In this document: positions 40,779 to 50,829 of the stretch, in pieces
How the letters are laid out: each line of letters begins with the position of its first letter
Numbering within the stretch: position 1 is the first letter of the stretch
DNA from: Candidatus Latescibacterota bacterium
Lineage (GTDB): Bacteria > Latescibacterota > UBA2968
Length of the DNA stretch: 64,000 bases
NCBI GenBank assembly: GCA_965222605.1
Contig: OZ244960.1
Span: forward strand, 5,344,001-5,408,000
Direction of reading: 5' to 3'
The notes under the pieces: model-generated
What the model was told of the DNA's origin: nothing
The model's input: the letters and a program-made list of their open reading frames with translations, nothing else
Database searches by the model: none
Program-made: the position numbers and the translations under genes

Positions 40779-42284
40779 TTAGTCAATACGTTGCTCCTCT
40801 TCAATCACGGCCGTGTGGGCAGTCATCGTCGCACTGGGCGAGAGTCGCGGCCTCAGGCCGCTGGCAGTCGTCAGCCCCCGGAGCCTTACTTGCTGGCAAG
40901 GGGTGTATGGGAAAGGACGTTCCTCAGACGCGGAGGCATGTTCGACGCCATCGTGGAAGTCGTCCGGGTCGGTGAAGAAGTACATGCCCTGGTAATTCTC
41001 GGGCGTATTGGAATCATCTACGAATAGTTCGTCGATAACGACTTCTTCAGGCATAGAGCAGGGATATCCGAAATCGTGCGTGCCGTCGTTGGCAACATTG
41101 ATCATGTGAGGCTGACAGATGTCTCCACAGGCTGGAATCCATCGGCAGTTGCGGATCTTGAGCGCTCCCCCCCAGGTGCTGCCATAGTCGCGCCGAAAGG
41201 AGACCAGGCTACTGCCGTACAACGTAGAATCCTCGAGTGTCAGCTGGCCTCGGCCGATCGCGTTCAGCCCCATATGGCCCAGGGTGCAGCGACGGATGAC
41301 GTAGGTGCCGGAAACGCCCATGTGCGTGTCCATTCTGGAGAGATGGCAGTCCTCGAGCAGGATGTCCTTGCAGAAGTTGGATCCGATCACGCCCCAGCGC
41401 GTGCGGTCGGTGATGTGGTTCATCCGACATCCAATCATTGTGAATCCCACGACGTTATTCGCATTGTAGTCGTAGGTGCCCATGCTGACCGGCTTACCCG
41501 CCGCGCCGATGGTCGAGTAGATTTTGTGCCCGGTGGCGAAGCAGTTGCGCAGCGTGATGTGGGCACACTGTTGCACGCTAATGAATCCGGAATAGGGACA
41601 GCCCACGGCTGTCTCGCCGACGACATAATGGGTCAGACCCGCGACTTCCGTGTTCGAGCGGGAGATCACAATGTTCCGATTCCAGTAGTTGTAACGTTTC
41701 GGGTGGTGCTCGCGGTTGGCGAACGTGGTAAAGACGCCGCCGCGCAGATAGAGCGTCCGGTCGTCGATTGGTCGTGCATCCACCCGGGTGACCAGATCGT
41801 ATTCCCAATCGATGTCCGCCTCCACCGAGCCGTCTCGACGCAGGACGAAGCAGTCGTGCTGGGGAACGCCTTCGTTCTGGTTGAGCCCCCGCCGGATATA
41901 CTGCCTCTTGTGTGCGTTTTCCACGAGGACATGACAGTCGTGCTCCGGCCGCGCATCCACCTGTCTCTGGTCTCTCGTGAGCCGATCGATCTGCAATTCC
42001 TCCGGCTCCAACAGCGAGCGTACCTCGAAGAGATGCGCCCTGTGGTCTTCAACCTGTGTGTCGTCAACCGTGAAACGGGAGGTGCTCCAGTCGGTATCGG
42101 TTGCGATCACGGCGGTCAGCGCCCGGCCGCCGAGATGGTACGTCGCGCCAGGCTGTGTCCTGACACTCAGGCCGTGCGCGTTGGCGTAGGCGTGCGCCTC
42201 GCAGATCGCCGGCATGTCATCCGTGACGCCGTCGCCCTTTGCACCGAAAGCCTCGTAGTCTATCAGGCCGTCTTTGAAATCCAT
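40779..42284 (-). CDS. Pectin-lyase-like beta-helix protein
   Basis: YEAFGAKGDGVTDD N-terminus; visibly higher GC than its neighbours. Confidence 0.7.
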   Translation of the reverse strand: MDFKDGLIDYEAFGAKGDGVTDDMPAICEAHAYANAHGLSVRTQPGATYHLGGRALTAVIATDTDWSTSRFTVDDTQVEDHRAHLFEVRSLLEPEELQIDRLTRDQRQVDARPEHDCHVLVENAHKRQYIRRGLNQNEGVPQHDCFVLRRDGSVEADIDWEYDLVTRVDARPIDDRTLYLRGGVFTTFANREHHPKRYNYWNRNIVISRSNTEVAGLTHYVVGETAVGCPYSGFISVQQCAHITLRNCFATGHKIYSTIGAAGKPVSMGTYDYNANNVVGFTMIGCRMNHITDRTRWGVIGSNFCKDILLEDCHLSRMDTHMGVSGTYVIRRCTLGHMGLNAIGRGQLTLEDSTLYGSSLVSFRRDYGSTWGGALKIRNCRWIPACGDICQPHMINVANDGTHDFGYPCSMPEEVVIDELFVDDSNTPENYQGMYFFTDPDDFHDGVEHASASEERPFPYTPCQQVRLRGLTTASGLRPRLSPSATMTAHTAVIEEEQRID

Positions 42285-42303
42285 GGATATCTCCTTTTAA
42301 ATG

Positions 42304-42813
42304 CTATCTCGGTCCCTTGTATTTGCGACCGCGATCGGCCACACGCCGTTCTCTGACCAGAGCCATGATTGGAACACCGTAGCCACAACTCGTTTGCGTT
42401 TTTTCAATGTTCACTTCGATCACTTGTCGAGGCTTGTGCTTTAATTCTTGAGCCAGCGTTTCGAGCAACTGACGTGCGATAGGGGAGTCGTCAAGCTCGG
42501 CGATACGAGCATGGCCATAGAGTCGGACAATGCCAGCGTCACCTTCCTCAAAGGAGCAGACCATGATCGTGATTGGGCCACCAGAGATTGCATGACGCGC
42601 TGTCTCGTTTCCACTGCCGGGATAGTCGAGATAAGCAACGCGGTTTGGCGTGAGAATATGCAAGGGCGTTCCCCCCTTTGGCGACAAATTTACAGCACCT
42701 GTCCCATCAGGTCCGGTTTCCAAATTTGGATCGGCCGTCGCCACAAAAAATAGGGGAGCGTGCTTGATGAGCGCGGCTTGTTCATCCGTTATAGAAGTGT
42801 ATTGCGTTGCCAT
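42304..42813 (-). CDS. Pyridoxamine 5'-phosphate oxidase family protein
   Basis: FFVATA, VNLSPKG, YLDYPGSGNET, QTSCGYGVP. Confidence 0.85.
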   Translation of the reverse strand: MATQYTSITDEQAALIKHAPLFFVATADPNLETGPDGTGAVNLSPKGGTPLHILTPNRVAYLDYPGSGNETARHAISGGPITIMVCSFEEGDAGIVRLYGHARIAELDDSPIARQLLETLAQELKHKPRQVIEVNIEKTQTSCGYGVPIMALVRERRVADRGRKYKGPR

Positions 42814-42851
42814 TTCGCTTATGTCTCCTTTTAACGACGGTATTTCACATA

Positions 42852-43322
42852 TCAACGCTCAGTGGACTGTAGATCGTTTCTGATTTTTGCACAAATCTCA
42901 TTCATTTGATCTTCACTTACTCTTTGCTCAGGAGAGACCTCCAGATAGCCAAATACTTGAGCGCCGCGCCGGTCGGCTGGTTGATTAGCCATTCGTGGCA
43001 CGATATGGAAATGAACATGCGGATGATCCTCGTGTTCGGCAAATTGAATCACGTATGTTTTCACGCATCCGATTACACTTTTGAGGGACGAGGAAACACG
43101 GCGAATCAGAGGCCCCAATTCAGCGGCTTCCTGCTCAGTAAGCTCATCAAGAGATACAATGTGTCGTTGTAGAACCAACACCAGCCACCCAGGCAAAGCG
43201 GTGTTGTATGCATGCGCCACGTCCCAGTACTCGGTCTGGTAAATGCAGTCCCAAAGTGGTGCCTTACCCAGTCTTCTTTGCGCTGTTAATTCGCACGTTT
43301 TGCACGCGGCACTAACGTTCAT
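42852..43322 (-). CDS. HIT family protein
   Basis: CxxC, PGWLVL, HVHFHIVPR. Confidence 0.88.
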   Translation of the reverse strand: MNVSAACKTCELTAQRRLGKAPLWDCIYQTEYWDVAHAYNTALPGWLVLVLQRHIVSLDELTEQEAAELGPLIRRVSSSLKSVIGCVKTYVIQFAEHEDHPHVHFHIVPRMANQPADRRGAQVFGYLEVSPEQRVSEDQMNEICAKIRNDLQSTER

Positions 43323-43384
43323 ATCCGGCTCAATCTATCTGATGTCATGAGTGATTTATTCATTTAAAGTTTCAATTGACATGC

Positions 43385-44119
43385 TCACACGTCATGGATA
43401 ATCCACACGTTGGGTTCTTCGTGATAGCCAATGTTGTTTTCTCGGTCGATTGAGACGAGTGCCAACGCTCCTGGAACGACGTATTCACCCGATGTTGGGA
43501 AGGACATGTCCGTCCATTTCTCCCAATCATCGACTGTACCTCGGACAGACATTGATCTCGGTGCCGCCCGTGCAATCCGGCCTCCAATCTTCCAATGTAC
43601 CCGGATCCACGGATCAAAGGGCTGCCCATCCTCTCGTTTCCACGCTATGTAATCGTCAATTGCTGTGAGCGGGTACCTGTCCTTGAACGTCGGTCGCACC
43701 GGCGCGATGAGGAATGAGAATCCATGGCAGTCGGCAATGTGTTTCATAGCCAGTAAAATTTCCCGGCTGTATCCTTGTCCCTGGCAATCCGGCCTTATAT
43801 CGACCCCCAACGCGCAGAGAGTTGTAGGGTTCTGTGTTCCTTCTCTCAAGCCCAATTCCAGCACTGATGTCCAGCCTTCTGGTAAGTCTTCGTCATGGCC
43901 GGTCCACGGGATGGGGATTGCAATACTATAGGCAACCAGTTGCTCCTCAGATTCGCAGTAATAGAGTTGAAACTGGGGAAACTTCGCGAGTAACTGGGAT
44001 GTTATCTCCTCGGGCCCCTCGGCATGAAAGATGAACTCGGGCCAGTTCGTCCGTGAATTCCATTTCTGCTCTTGCAGTTCGGGGCGCTCGGCATGCGAAT
44101 ACACTGTCAACTTTTTCAC
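43385..44119 (-). CDS. GNAT family acetyltransferase-like protein
   Basis: QGQGYS, APVRPT, DPWIRVH, VVPGAL, EPNVW. Confidence 0.8.
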   Translation of the reverse strand: MKKLTVYSHAERPELQEQKWNSRTNWPEFIFHAEGPEEITSQLLAKFPQFQLYYCESEEQLVAYSIAIPIPWTGHDEDLPEGWTSVLELGLREGTQNPTTLCALGVDIRPDCQGQGYSREILLAMKHIADCHGFSFLIAPVRPTFKDRYPLTAIDDYIAWKREDGQPFDPWIRVHWKIGGRIARAAPRSMSVRGTVDDWEKWTDMSFPTSGEYVVPGALALVSIDRENNIGYHEEPNVWIIHDV

Positions 44120-44166
44120 AGTATTTTTGTAATCCCTTCTAATAGATAGGATCAGTCGTCCCCCAT

Positions 44167-45027
44167 TTATTTTAATAATTGATGCGATCTATGCCGAGAG
44201 GTTCTATTGATAGTATCGGCCAGCAATTGGAATCCCCCGTCACGTTTATAGGTGCTCAGCCAAGCTCCGCTCACAAATTCAAAATTGCCGGTCTCCGTAT
44301 CGAGCGCACCAATACATCCTTCGTTTATAACCTGCAATGTTGGGTCTCTGGGGTTGCTCACCACGCTAGCGACCTGAATGCACTCCGTCTCATACACTTT
44401 TCTCGGGCCGACTGGATGGTGAAAGTGCCCAAATATATGGTAACGCGGTTTCGATACCATTAGATATTCGAGCAAAGCCTGAGGACCTTCCGCCAGGTTA
44501 TCTGCATCGGGACCAACTCCAAATCTTCCCTCATGTGAAACGAGAATATCTATACCTTTTGGATGGTTGTGTTGAAGAGCCTCTGGGTCTCCTCCTTCAC
44601 AAAAGCCAATCGCTTCTTTTCCAACCTCAAGTGTGAAGCCGTCCGGTACGCACTCGAATAGACCATGCGGGTCAAGTGGGATGGGTACAGAAGATTTTGT
44701 CTCTGTAGCATTTCGAATAGCAGAGAATTCGTCGTGATTGCCTGCCACCACAAGGATCGAAGATGTCAATTGCGCCCGTGTATCGCGTGCGAGTTGCACA
44801 TCTGTCCCCTCTGCCAGGATGAGGCTGCACAAATCGTACACGGATGGATCCCACTGTGAAAACCTGTCGTATGGAATCTCACCGCTCTGCGGCAGTGGCA
44901 TAACCCCGAGATCGCCAACCTGAACGACAAGGTCAAACATTTTTTTTCGCATCGACTGCCAGGTCAGAAGAATGGCAAGAGCATGGCATGCGCGCCCGTG
45001 TATATCACCTATGAAACCTATAATCAA
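44167..45027 (-). CDS. Calcineurin-like metallophosphoesterase
   Basis: GDIHG, VGDLG, GNHDE, SHE, GHFH. Confidence 0.85.
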   Translation of the reverse strand: MIIGFIGDIHGRACHALAILLTWQSMRKKMFDLVVQVGDLGVMPLPQSGEIPYDRFSQWDPSVYDLCSLILAEGTDVQLARDTRAQLTSSILVVAGNHDEFSAIRNATETKSSVPIPLDPHGLFECVPDGFTLEVGKEAIGFCEGGDPEALQHNHPKGIDILVSHEGRFGVGPDADNLAEGPQALLEYLMVSKPRYHIFGHFHHPVGPRKVYETECIQVASVVSNPRDPTLQVINEGCIGALDTETGNFEFVSGAWLSTYKRDGGFQLLADTINRTSRHRSHQLLK

Positions 45028-45058
45028 TTTAAGTTCCTTTGTGTAAACGAACGCACGT

Positions 45059-45283
45059 TTATAATTCTTCTATATTCAAAGGTTGTGTTCGTCCTACTCT
45101 GTGTGCTACAATGGCCTCATCGGCCAACCGCTCCAGCACATCTTCGGACTCGGGACGGCTAAACAACTTAGTCCATCGCTGATCCGACTCAAGTTCGGCC
45201 AGCAGGAAACGCGCAAATTCATCTTGTTTCTCTTGAGGGAGTTCGGTGGCTCTCTCGAAAGCCTTTTGAAGAAGTGGGGTCAT
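45059..45283 (-). CDS. Orphan antitoxin-like small protein (family usually upstream of a RelE/ParE-like toxin)
   Basis: MTPLLQKAFERATELPQEKQD...E.DQRW..LF...LERLADEA; no toxin downstream. Confidence 0.65.
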   Translation of the reverse strand: MTPLLQKAFERATELPQEKQDEFARFLLAELESDQRWTKLFSRPESEDVLERLADEAIVAHRVGRTQPLNIEEL

Positions 45284-45368
45284 TTGTTTTACTCCTTCCT
45301 GAGCGAACAATTAACGTTTTCACCGTGTCCGAACCTCGGGCTATGCGCTGAAACCGCGTATGGATGTG

Positions 45369-45458
45369 TTAGCCGCCGAATGTTTGTTTTGTAGCCCCGA
45401 CAGCAGGATTTGGTTTGTTTATTTGAAACCCAAGTTGTGTGATTTTGCCATCACCGAA
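45369..45458 (-). pseudogene. 29-codon 3' stump ending in GGC TAA C (attC R''-like)
   Basis: Open frame FGDGKITQLGF...TFGG* starting immediately after the DUF402 stop. Confidence 0.45.
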
Positions 45459-46115
45459 TTAGTAGTGCTTTATAGTATCATACATAGATAAATCATTCCA
45501 ATCCGCTCTCAATTTCGGGCGAGTGAGCGACGCCTCGGGGCACCACTGTTCTAGACTTTCCGAATACAGCCCACTATTACGCTCAATTTCCATAACTGCG
45601 AGTTGCCCTTCTTCTCTGACTGCTTTGCTCTGCGCAGGTGTCAGGCGCCCAAGTTCCACAGCAAGGTCAAGTTCATCTTGATCTTTCCATCTCCAATTGC
45701 GATCAGGTTCAACAATAATATCTAATTGATGATCTCTAAAATCAAAGCCCAGACGCGTACGACATAGTTTACTTTGCAGGTTTACATACCAACCTTGAAA
45801 CACGCGATCTGCCGACCATCGTACCCAAGTTGCACGACAATTGTCCGGGCGAACTACGATCAGAAGTTCTGCCCATTGCCAAGTCGAATCCACCAATGCC
45901 CAAGATCCCTCGACCCAATTACGTGGTGTGCCCGGAGTATGGTTCAGCAATACCGGCTTTTTCGTCGGTGTTCCCAATGGAAGCCAAAGAGCAATTTGCA
46001 CATCAGAATCTTCAATAACGGTGACGGGCTTCACATCGACAACTTGACCATGCTCGTCAAGCTCTCGATATAGAATTGGTTCGCCGTAACAAAATTTAGA
46101 CGGTATATATTTCAT
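45459..46115 (-). CDS. DUF402 domain protein
   Basis: GWYVNLQ, DHQLDIIV, WKDQDEL. Confidence 0.82.
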   Translation of the reverse strand: MKYIPSKFCYGEPILYRELDEHGQVVDVKPVTVIEDSDVQIALWLPLGTPTKKPVLLNHTPGTPRNWVEGSWALVDSTWQWAELLIVVRPDNCRATWVRWSADRVFQGWYVNLQSKLCRTRLGFDFRDHQLDIIVEPDRNWRWKDQDELDLAVELGRLTPAQSKAVREEGQLAVMEIERNSGLYSESLEQWCPEASLTRPKLRADWNDLSMYDTIKHY

Positions 46116-46348
46116 GAAGAGAGCACTGTTCAAATAAATTGGCACCCGGAAACAACTCTGTTTTCGATGTCAGGTGCCGGATACCAGATGGTCCCTATCG
46201 TAGCCACGTCCACGCGGCCCGAGTTGATCGAGGTACTCAATGACGATACCATCTTTATCCATACATCGCCGCTCAATCTCAAATAGATGGCGATTTTCCG
46301 ATCCTTAGAATGGTATAATTTTGCTTTTATTCATTCAGTGAGAGATTT

Positions 46349-47077
46349 TTAGAGATTTACTTCCGTAGCTACAAGATCCGTTATGTCATCAAGTAGTCTT
46401 TCAAGGAGATCGAGATCATGAAGTTGAACGTTTCCAAGGACGTATTCGTGGACGTCTCGAAGGGCATTTCGATAGCGGTCTCCGTATTCGGTCTCCAGAA
46501 ATATCGGGATCAGTTCTCGCTTGTTTAGAATGAAGGCATCCGTGCGATCCCAAATGAACAGTCTGATCTCTATCAGTATTCTGTTTACAGTAGCAACGAT
46601 TGTACGCTCCCGATCCGGACGACCCAAACTTCTCAACCAGGTATAGAATACTTTCGCATACGCCCGGAAATCATCGCGAGAAGGCGTAGGAATGCCCGAT
46701 AGATCATATTCTCCCCAGAGCGGCTTGCCTTGCTGAAGAAGCCTGTATATCTCGGGAACAAGCTCTTTCTCAGGATCATACGGGGGTTTCATATCCTGTT
46801 CCCTCAGGACAATGCCGCCAAACCCCTTTGGTATGCGATATTTCGACTGGTAGGAGGCTCTCATTTCTTTTAGTCTTGCGCGAAACTCATCAGAGATTGA
46901 ATCACGCGCAACAATCACAGTGTCGATGTCGCTCCGACCAGGGTGATACTGTTTTACGGCCAGGGAGCCGATCATGAAGATTCCAAGGATGTAGCGGTTA
47001 ATGTCCTGACTCGTTGCCTCTGCCGCAAATTCTCGCGCGATTTCCCAGGCACGGGCTTCAGAAATTGGTTTGTTCAC
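46349..47077 (-). CDS. Nucleotidyltransferase domain protein
   Basis: IGSLA...GRSDIDT; GTG start. Confidence 0.75.
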   Translation of the reverse strand: MNKPISEARAWEIAREFAAEATSQDINRYILGIFMIGSLAVKQYHPGRSDIDTVIVARDSISDEFRARLKEMRASYQSKYRIPKGFGGIVLREQDMKPPYDPEKELVPEIYRLLQQGKPLWGEYDLSGIPTPSRDDFRAYAKVFYTWLRSLGRPDRERTIVATVNRILIEIRLFIWDRTDAFILNKRELIPIFLETEYGDRYRNALRDVHEYVLGNVQLHDLDLLERLLDDITDLVATEVNL

Positions 47078-47123
47078 GTCTTCACATTCCTCAACGCAGA
47101 TACAACTATTTGGGCATGATAAC

Positions 47124-48488
47124 TCAGAGTTTGTGTGTAGCAATCTCGTACATTTTAGCTGTGCAGGTCTCGAGTACCTTCAGGAGTTCGGGATATGGTT
47201 CGCCGTAGCCAGTGAGCAGTCCGGAATGCTGGCGGTCCTGTTTTTGGGCGACCAGGTTGGATGCATCGATCAGGCCGCAATAGTGCCAGCCAACAAATTC
47301 CGGGCGCGCAAAGGCGTTCTGGAAGAACTCGGTGGTCCATTCAGCTCGTTGTTCGATGTTGTCCGCCACGGGGCCATAGGGTCGCGGCATGGTGTCTGTA
47401 ATCATCGTGAAAGCAGAATCGCCATTGATCAGCGGCTTGTTGGAGATTCTATACCAGCGATCTAATCCGGGTTTTTGCACCTCGTATCGCGCATACATTT
47501 GATAGAACACGATGTCGGTAAATTGGCTTGTAATGGGGAGTAAGGTATCCACCGCATCTGTGTTGGCATTGATTTTGTCGCCGACGAATAGATGATTTGG
47601 ATCGTATCGAAGGATCGCATCCCGCGCTGTCTGGTAGTATTTTTCGACTACTTTTTTCAGGAATTCAATATTGTCGCGGGTTTCGTTGCCATTAGAAAGA
47701 TCGGTGTGTGGCCGCCAGCCCTCGGCTGTTTGGAGCGCGTCAAACGAATCAAATTGCGAGCCATAAGTGGCGTTGAAATCGCTGATTTGCCTGCGATAGA
47801 TATCGCGCATGGTCCGAACATAAGCCTTTTTGCCCGGTGCATCGGCACCCAAATTGCGCAACCGACGTGGCCAGCCGATTCGAGCTTCCCGGCGTGCACC
47901 GCCAATCACGTCGGGGCGTTCCCTGCAATCTTCTTCTGTAAATAACGGACAGTCGGTCATGGCATAACCGAGCAGGAAGGGATCATCTTTTGCAGGTGCG
48001 GCAAATTCCTTTGCCATCTGATCGCAGTGTGAGGCAAATGTTTCTGAAAATACATCCCAAAAATTGCTATCGGGTATTTCTGTCTTCCAATGTGGGATAT
48101 CGACGAAGTGAATTGACTGCATATAGGGGATAGATGGCTGTGGGCGATTGATGGCTGACAACTCCGTGTGTACGCCTACGGTATTGAAGCCGTATTGACG
48201 ACACGTCTGTAAGAACCAGGTTTTGAGGGCGGGTGCGAATTCGCGGCTGTCCAGATTGTCTAAGCCCAACCGCTTTTTCCAGGCTTCGCGATTGTAGTCC
48301 TGCTTCCAAAGATGGGGATGCAGATGGTTTATTCCGAAACTCAGAAATGCATTTCCTTCGGGCGTTACGAGCCACCATCTTTCGTCTTTTTCTACGCGAA
48401 AAAAGCCCGTTGCCGCAAATTTTTTGCCGGTCCAGCCGCCGTATTGATCGCGTTCGGCGATGTCCTGGTGCGATTTATGTCTGTTCAT
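47124..48488 (-). CDS. Beta-agarase-like glycoside hydrolase
   Basis: ATGFFRVEK..RWWLVTPEG, GFNTVG, DDPFLLGY, YDPNHL, VGWH. Confidence 0.7.
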   Translation of the reverse strand: MNRHKSHQDIAERDQYGGWTGKKFAATGFFRVEKDERWWLVTPEGNAFLSFGINHLHPHLWKQDYNREAWKKRLGLDNLDSREFAPALKTWFLQTCRQYGFNTVGVHTELSAINRPQPSIPYMQSIHFVDIPHWKTEIPDSNFWDVFSETFASHCDQMAKEFAAPAKDDPFLLGYAMTDCPLFTEEDCRERPDVIGGARREARIGWPRRLRNLGADAPGKKAYVRTMRDIYRRQISDFNATYGSQFDSFDALQTAEGWRPHTDLSNGNETRDNIEFLKKVVEKYYQTARDAILRYDPNHLFVGDKINANTDAVDTLLPITSQFTDIVFYQMYARYEVQKPGLDRWYRISNKPLINGDSAFTMITDTMPRPYGPVADNIEQRAEWTTEFFQNAFARPEFVGWHYCGLIDASNLVAQKQDRQHSGLLTGYGEPYPELLKVLETCTAKMYEIATHKL

Positions 48489-48550
48489 TTGGATACCTTC
48501 ATGTGGAGCGTCCGTTAGTTCTCAGAGCATTTGGCATTGGACGCAGTGTT

Positions 48551-49402
48551 TTACTCGGCGGGAACAACCTCTCGTGTGACTTCCCGAACTTTACCGGGAA
48601 AGGTTTGTCCTCTTACCCACATGATGGGCTGGCCTTTGCCAGCATTTTCCGGATTCATCCATTCTGCTTGCGCGCTTAAGTAATGCGATACATAGCTGCG
48701 TCTAAATCGCTGGCTGTGGTTATTCGTGCTTTTGTGCAGGAGGTGAGAATGGAACCAGATGACCGCACCGGGGGGGACTTCCACAGAAATCCCGTCCTCA
48801 TCGCGAGCATTGCGCGCGAGTTTAAATTCATTTTGCTGTGATCCCTCAATGTCGTCGTGTTCGGAAATTGCCTGTTTGTGGCTGCCGGGGATTACGTAGA
48901 GGCAGCCGTTGTCGCGATCGGCGGGATCGATTGCTGTCCAGGTGCCGACGGTTGTTGCGGTTTTGAATCGCTTGCCAAAGTAAAATTTGTCCTGGTGCCA
49001 GGGGAATCCCAATCCGATTTCTGGGGCTTTCCAGATGAAGAGGTTGTTGATGCCCAGAACGTCTGGGCCGAGTATGTCGAGGAGCGGATCGGTCAGGCGT
49101 GGGTCGCGCACGCGAGCGAGGAATTCCGGGATGTAGCAACTGGGGTGGTGGATTTTGTGCATACCATAGATGCCAGACCGCGTGTCTTTGCCGTCTCGGA
49201 TAAGGGCATTGCGGTCGATGTGAGCCATTGGCATTTTTCGTTTCCCGGCGACAATGTCTTCGGCGACCTGTCGCAGGTAGTCGTTCTCATTGTGTGAAAA
49301 GACGTTTTCGCGCACAAAATATCCATGGCGTTCCCAGTGCTGAATTTCATCGGGCGTCATGCGATTGGTATTTATTTTTAATGGTGTTGCTGGGTTTTTC
49401 AT
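48551..49402 (-). CDS. PhyH family dioxygenase
   Basis: PWHQD, WTAID, NGCLYVIPGSH, LLHKS..N. Confidence 0.9.
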   Translation of the reverse strand: MKNPATPLKINTNRMTPDEIQHWERHGYFVRENVFSHNENDYLRQVAEDIVAGKRKMPMAHIDRNALIRDGKDTRSGIYGMHKIHHPSCYIPEFLARVRDPRLTDPLLDILGPDVLGINNLFIWKAPEIGLGFPWHQDKFYFGKRFKTATTVGTWTAIDPADRDNGCLYVIPGSHKQAISEHDDIEGSQQNEFKLARNARDEDGISVEVPPGAVIWFHSHLLHKSTNNHSQRFRRSYVSHYLSAQAEWMNPENAGKGQPIMWVRGQTFPGKVREVTREVVPAE

Positions 49403-49592
49403 ATACGATCTTCTGAGTGTTTTTGGGGTGGGCTTGAAACGATTACCAGTAACATTTTAGGGTTGCCGTCAGGCAGAGAAACTGCTGTTGTGTTCTTGGG
49501 AGACGGACTAATTCTTCGTTGATTTGTCCGGTTGAGATCACAAATTCCGATCCTCTTGTATTCTTATCGTGTTGGCACAACCTATCAAAGTC

Positions 49593-49862
49593 TTAGGCTG
49601 CTTTGATCGGTTCCAATTCTACGGGTTCTGGTCTGCTAAGCCCCAGACGATCAAAGACGCTCTGTATCTCATCTATACTCACGATTTCGGGTGAGACAAT
49701 CTCAATCCCAAGAGGCGTGCCATCTTGAGCGTAGTCAATGAGGAGGTCTTCTGTTATCGCTTCGGTGCGTACACTTTTCTGTCCGCGCCGATGAGATAGG
49801 TAAATATAGGCAGCAAATGGTTTGCCCTTTCGATATGTGATTTGTAGAGAAACAGTTTTCAT
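49593..49862 (-). CDS. DUF2283 protein (putative antitoxin; usual DUF4258 partner absent)
   Basis: AAYIYL, DLLIDYAQDGTPLGIEI. Confidence 0.78.
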   Translation of the reverse strand: MKTVSLQITYRKGKPFAAYIYLSHRRGQKSVRTEAITEDLLIDYAQDGTPLGIEIVSPEIVSIDEIQSVFDRLGLSRPEPVELEPIKAA

Positions 49863-49881
49863 TCCCACCAGCTTGGCCAAT

Positions 49882-50241
49882 TCATGCGGACATCTTTCTC
49901 TCACCGATCCAGACCTGATTGCCATCGGGATCGCGAACTCGAAATTCTGTCATGCCGTAGAAAGTTACACGGATAGGATCGGGTTCGAAACCAGCGGCGA
50001 TCACGCGGTCTCTTAACGTTTCAATATCGGACGTATAGTAGTAAATGACGGTTGAGGCGTTCGATTCCGTTCGAATCGAACGGTCTATCATCACCTGGCA
50101 ACCGTGTTCACCTTCCAAAAGGGCATGGCCCCACTCGTCTTTACGTTGGATAACCTGGAGACCCAGGCCTTGTGAGTAGAAGCTTATAGCTTGATCCAAA
50201 TTGGTTATTGGAACCATTGCAGTGATGCGATGTATGTTCAC
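49882..50241 (-). CDS. VOC family protein
   Basis: AISFY..GLG, FYGMTEFRVRDPDGN. Confidence 0.85.
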   Translation of the reverse strand: MNIHRITAMVPITNLDQAISFYSQGLGLQVIQRKDEWGHALLEGEHGCQVMIDRSIRTESNASTVIYYYTSDIETLRDRVIAAGFEPDPIRVTFYGMTEFRVRDPDGNQVWIGERKMSA

Positions 50242-50265
50242 AGTTTATTTCCCCAATTCAACTCT

Positions 50266-50724
50266 TTATTCAGTTCTGATCGGTTTTACCATCTCAAGAT
50301 ACCATGGAATGAATCCACAATCCCGATAAAATGCAAGGATGTCATCGAAACGCTTCGCTGCCGAGTAGAGCCGCATGTGGCTGAATCCATCGGCTTCTGC
50401 TTTTGCTTGGAGAGTTTTGACCATCTGCTGGCCTATTCCACTGTGACGGGATTCGGGACGCACATATAGTTCAATGATTTCGAGAATACGGCTACCTTTG
50501 GGGAATACACATTCGCCTTCATACGGCCGTTCTACACAATAGATGAATCCAACAGGCTCACAGCCATCTATCGCCAGAAAGAGCCAATCCAGGTCGCGGT
50601 CATTCCACACTTCTGCCGAATCGGGTCCATAGCCCCATATTGCGCCTTCGGATGCCAGATTTTGCTGCATTGAAAGGACGGCGGCTATATCCTCCTCATT
50701 TGCTTTACGGATTGTAATAGTCAT
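50266..50724 (-). CDS. GNAT acetyltransferase
   Basis: LYVRPESRHSGIG, AFYRDCGF. Confidence 0.85.
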   Translation of the reverse strand: MTITIRKANEEDIAAVLSMQQNLASEGAIWGYGPDSAEVWNDRDLDWLFLAIDGCEPVGFIYCVERPYEGECVFPKGSRILEIIELYVRPESRHSGIGQQMVKTLQAKAEADGFSHMRLYSAAKRFDDILAFYRDCGFIPWYLEMVKPIRTE

Positions 50725-50829
50725 TTTGCATTCAGTCCATTACTGGCAATTTCTCCATCTAACCGAACCGCTTCTCTAACCAGATTGCTCTCCCGTTTTT
50801 AGATCTGGTTTGTCGTTCATCATAATCCT

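Noticed and set aside
41076-42356. 426-aa plus-strand ORF antisense to the beta-helix gene
   Set aside because: Shadow ORF expected from GC-rich codon bias; no recognisable motifs
50721-50823. GTTAGAT/GTTAGAG core-site-like motifs and a possible coupling mini-ORF
   Set aside because: The mini-ORF stops after 15 codons and no paired inverse core or hairpin exists; compatible with chance
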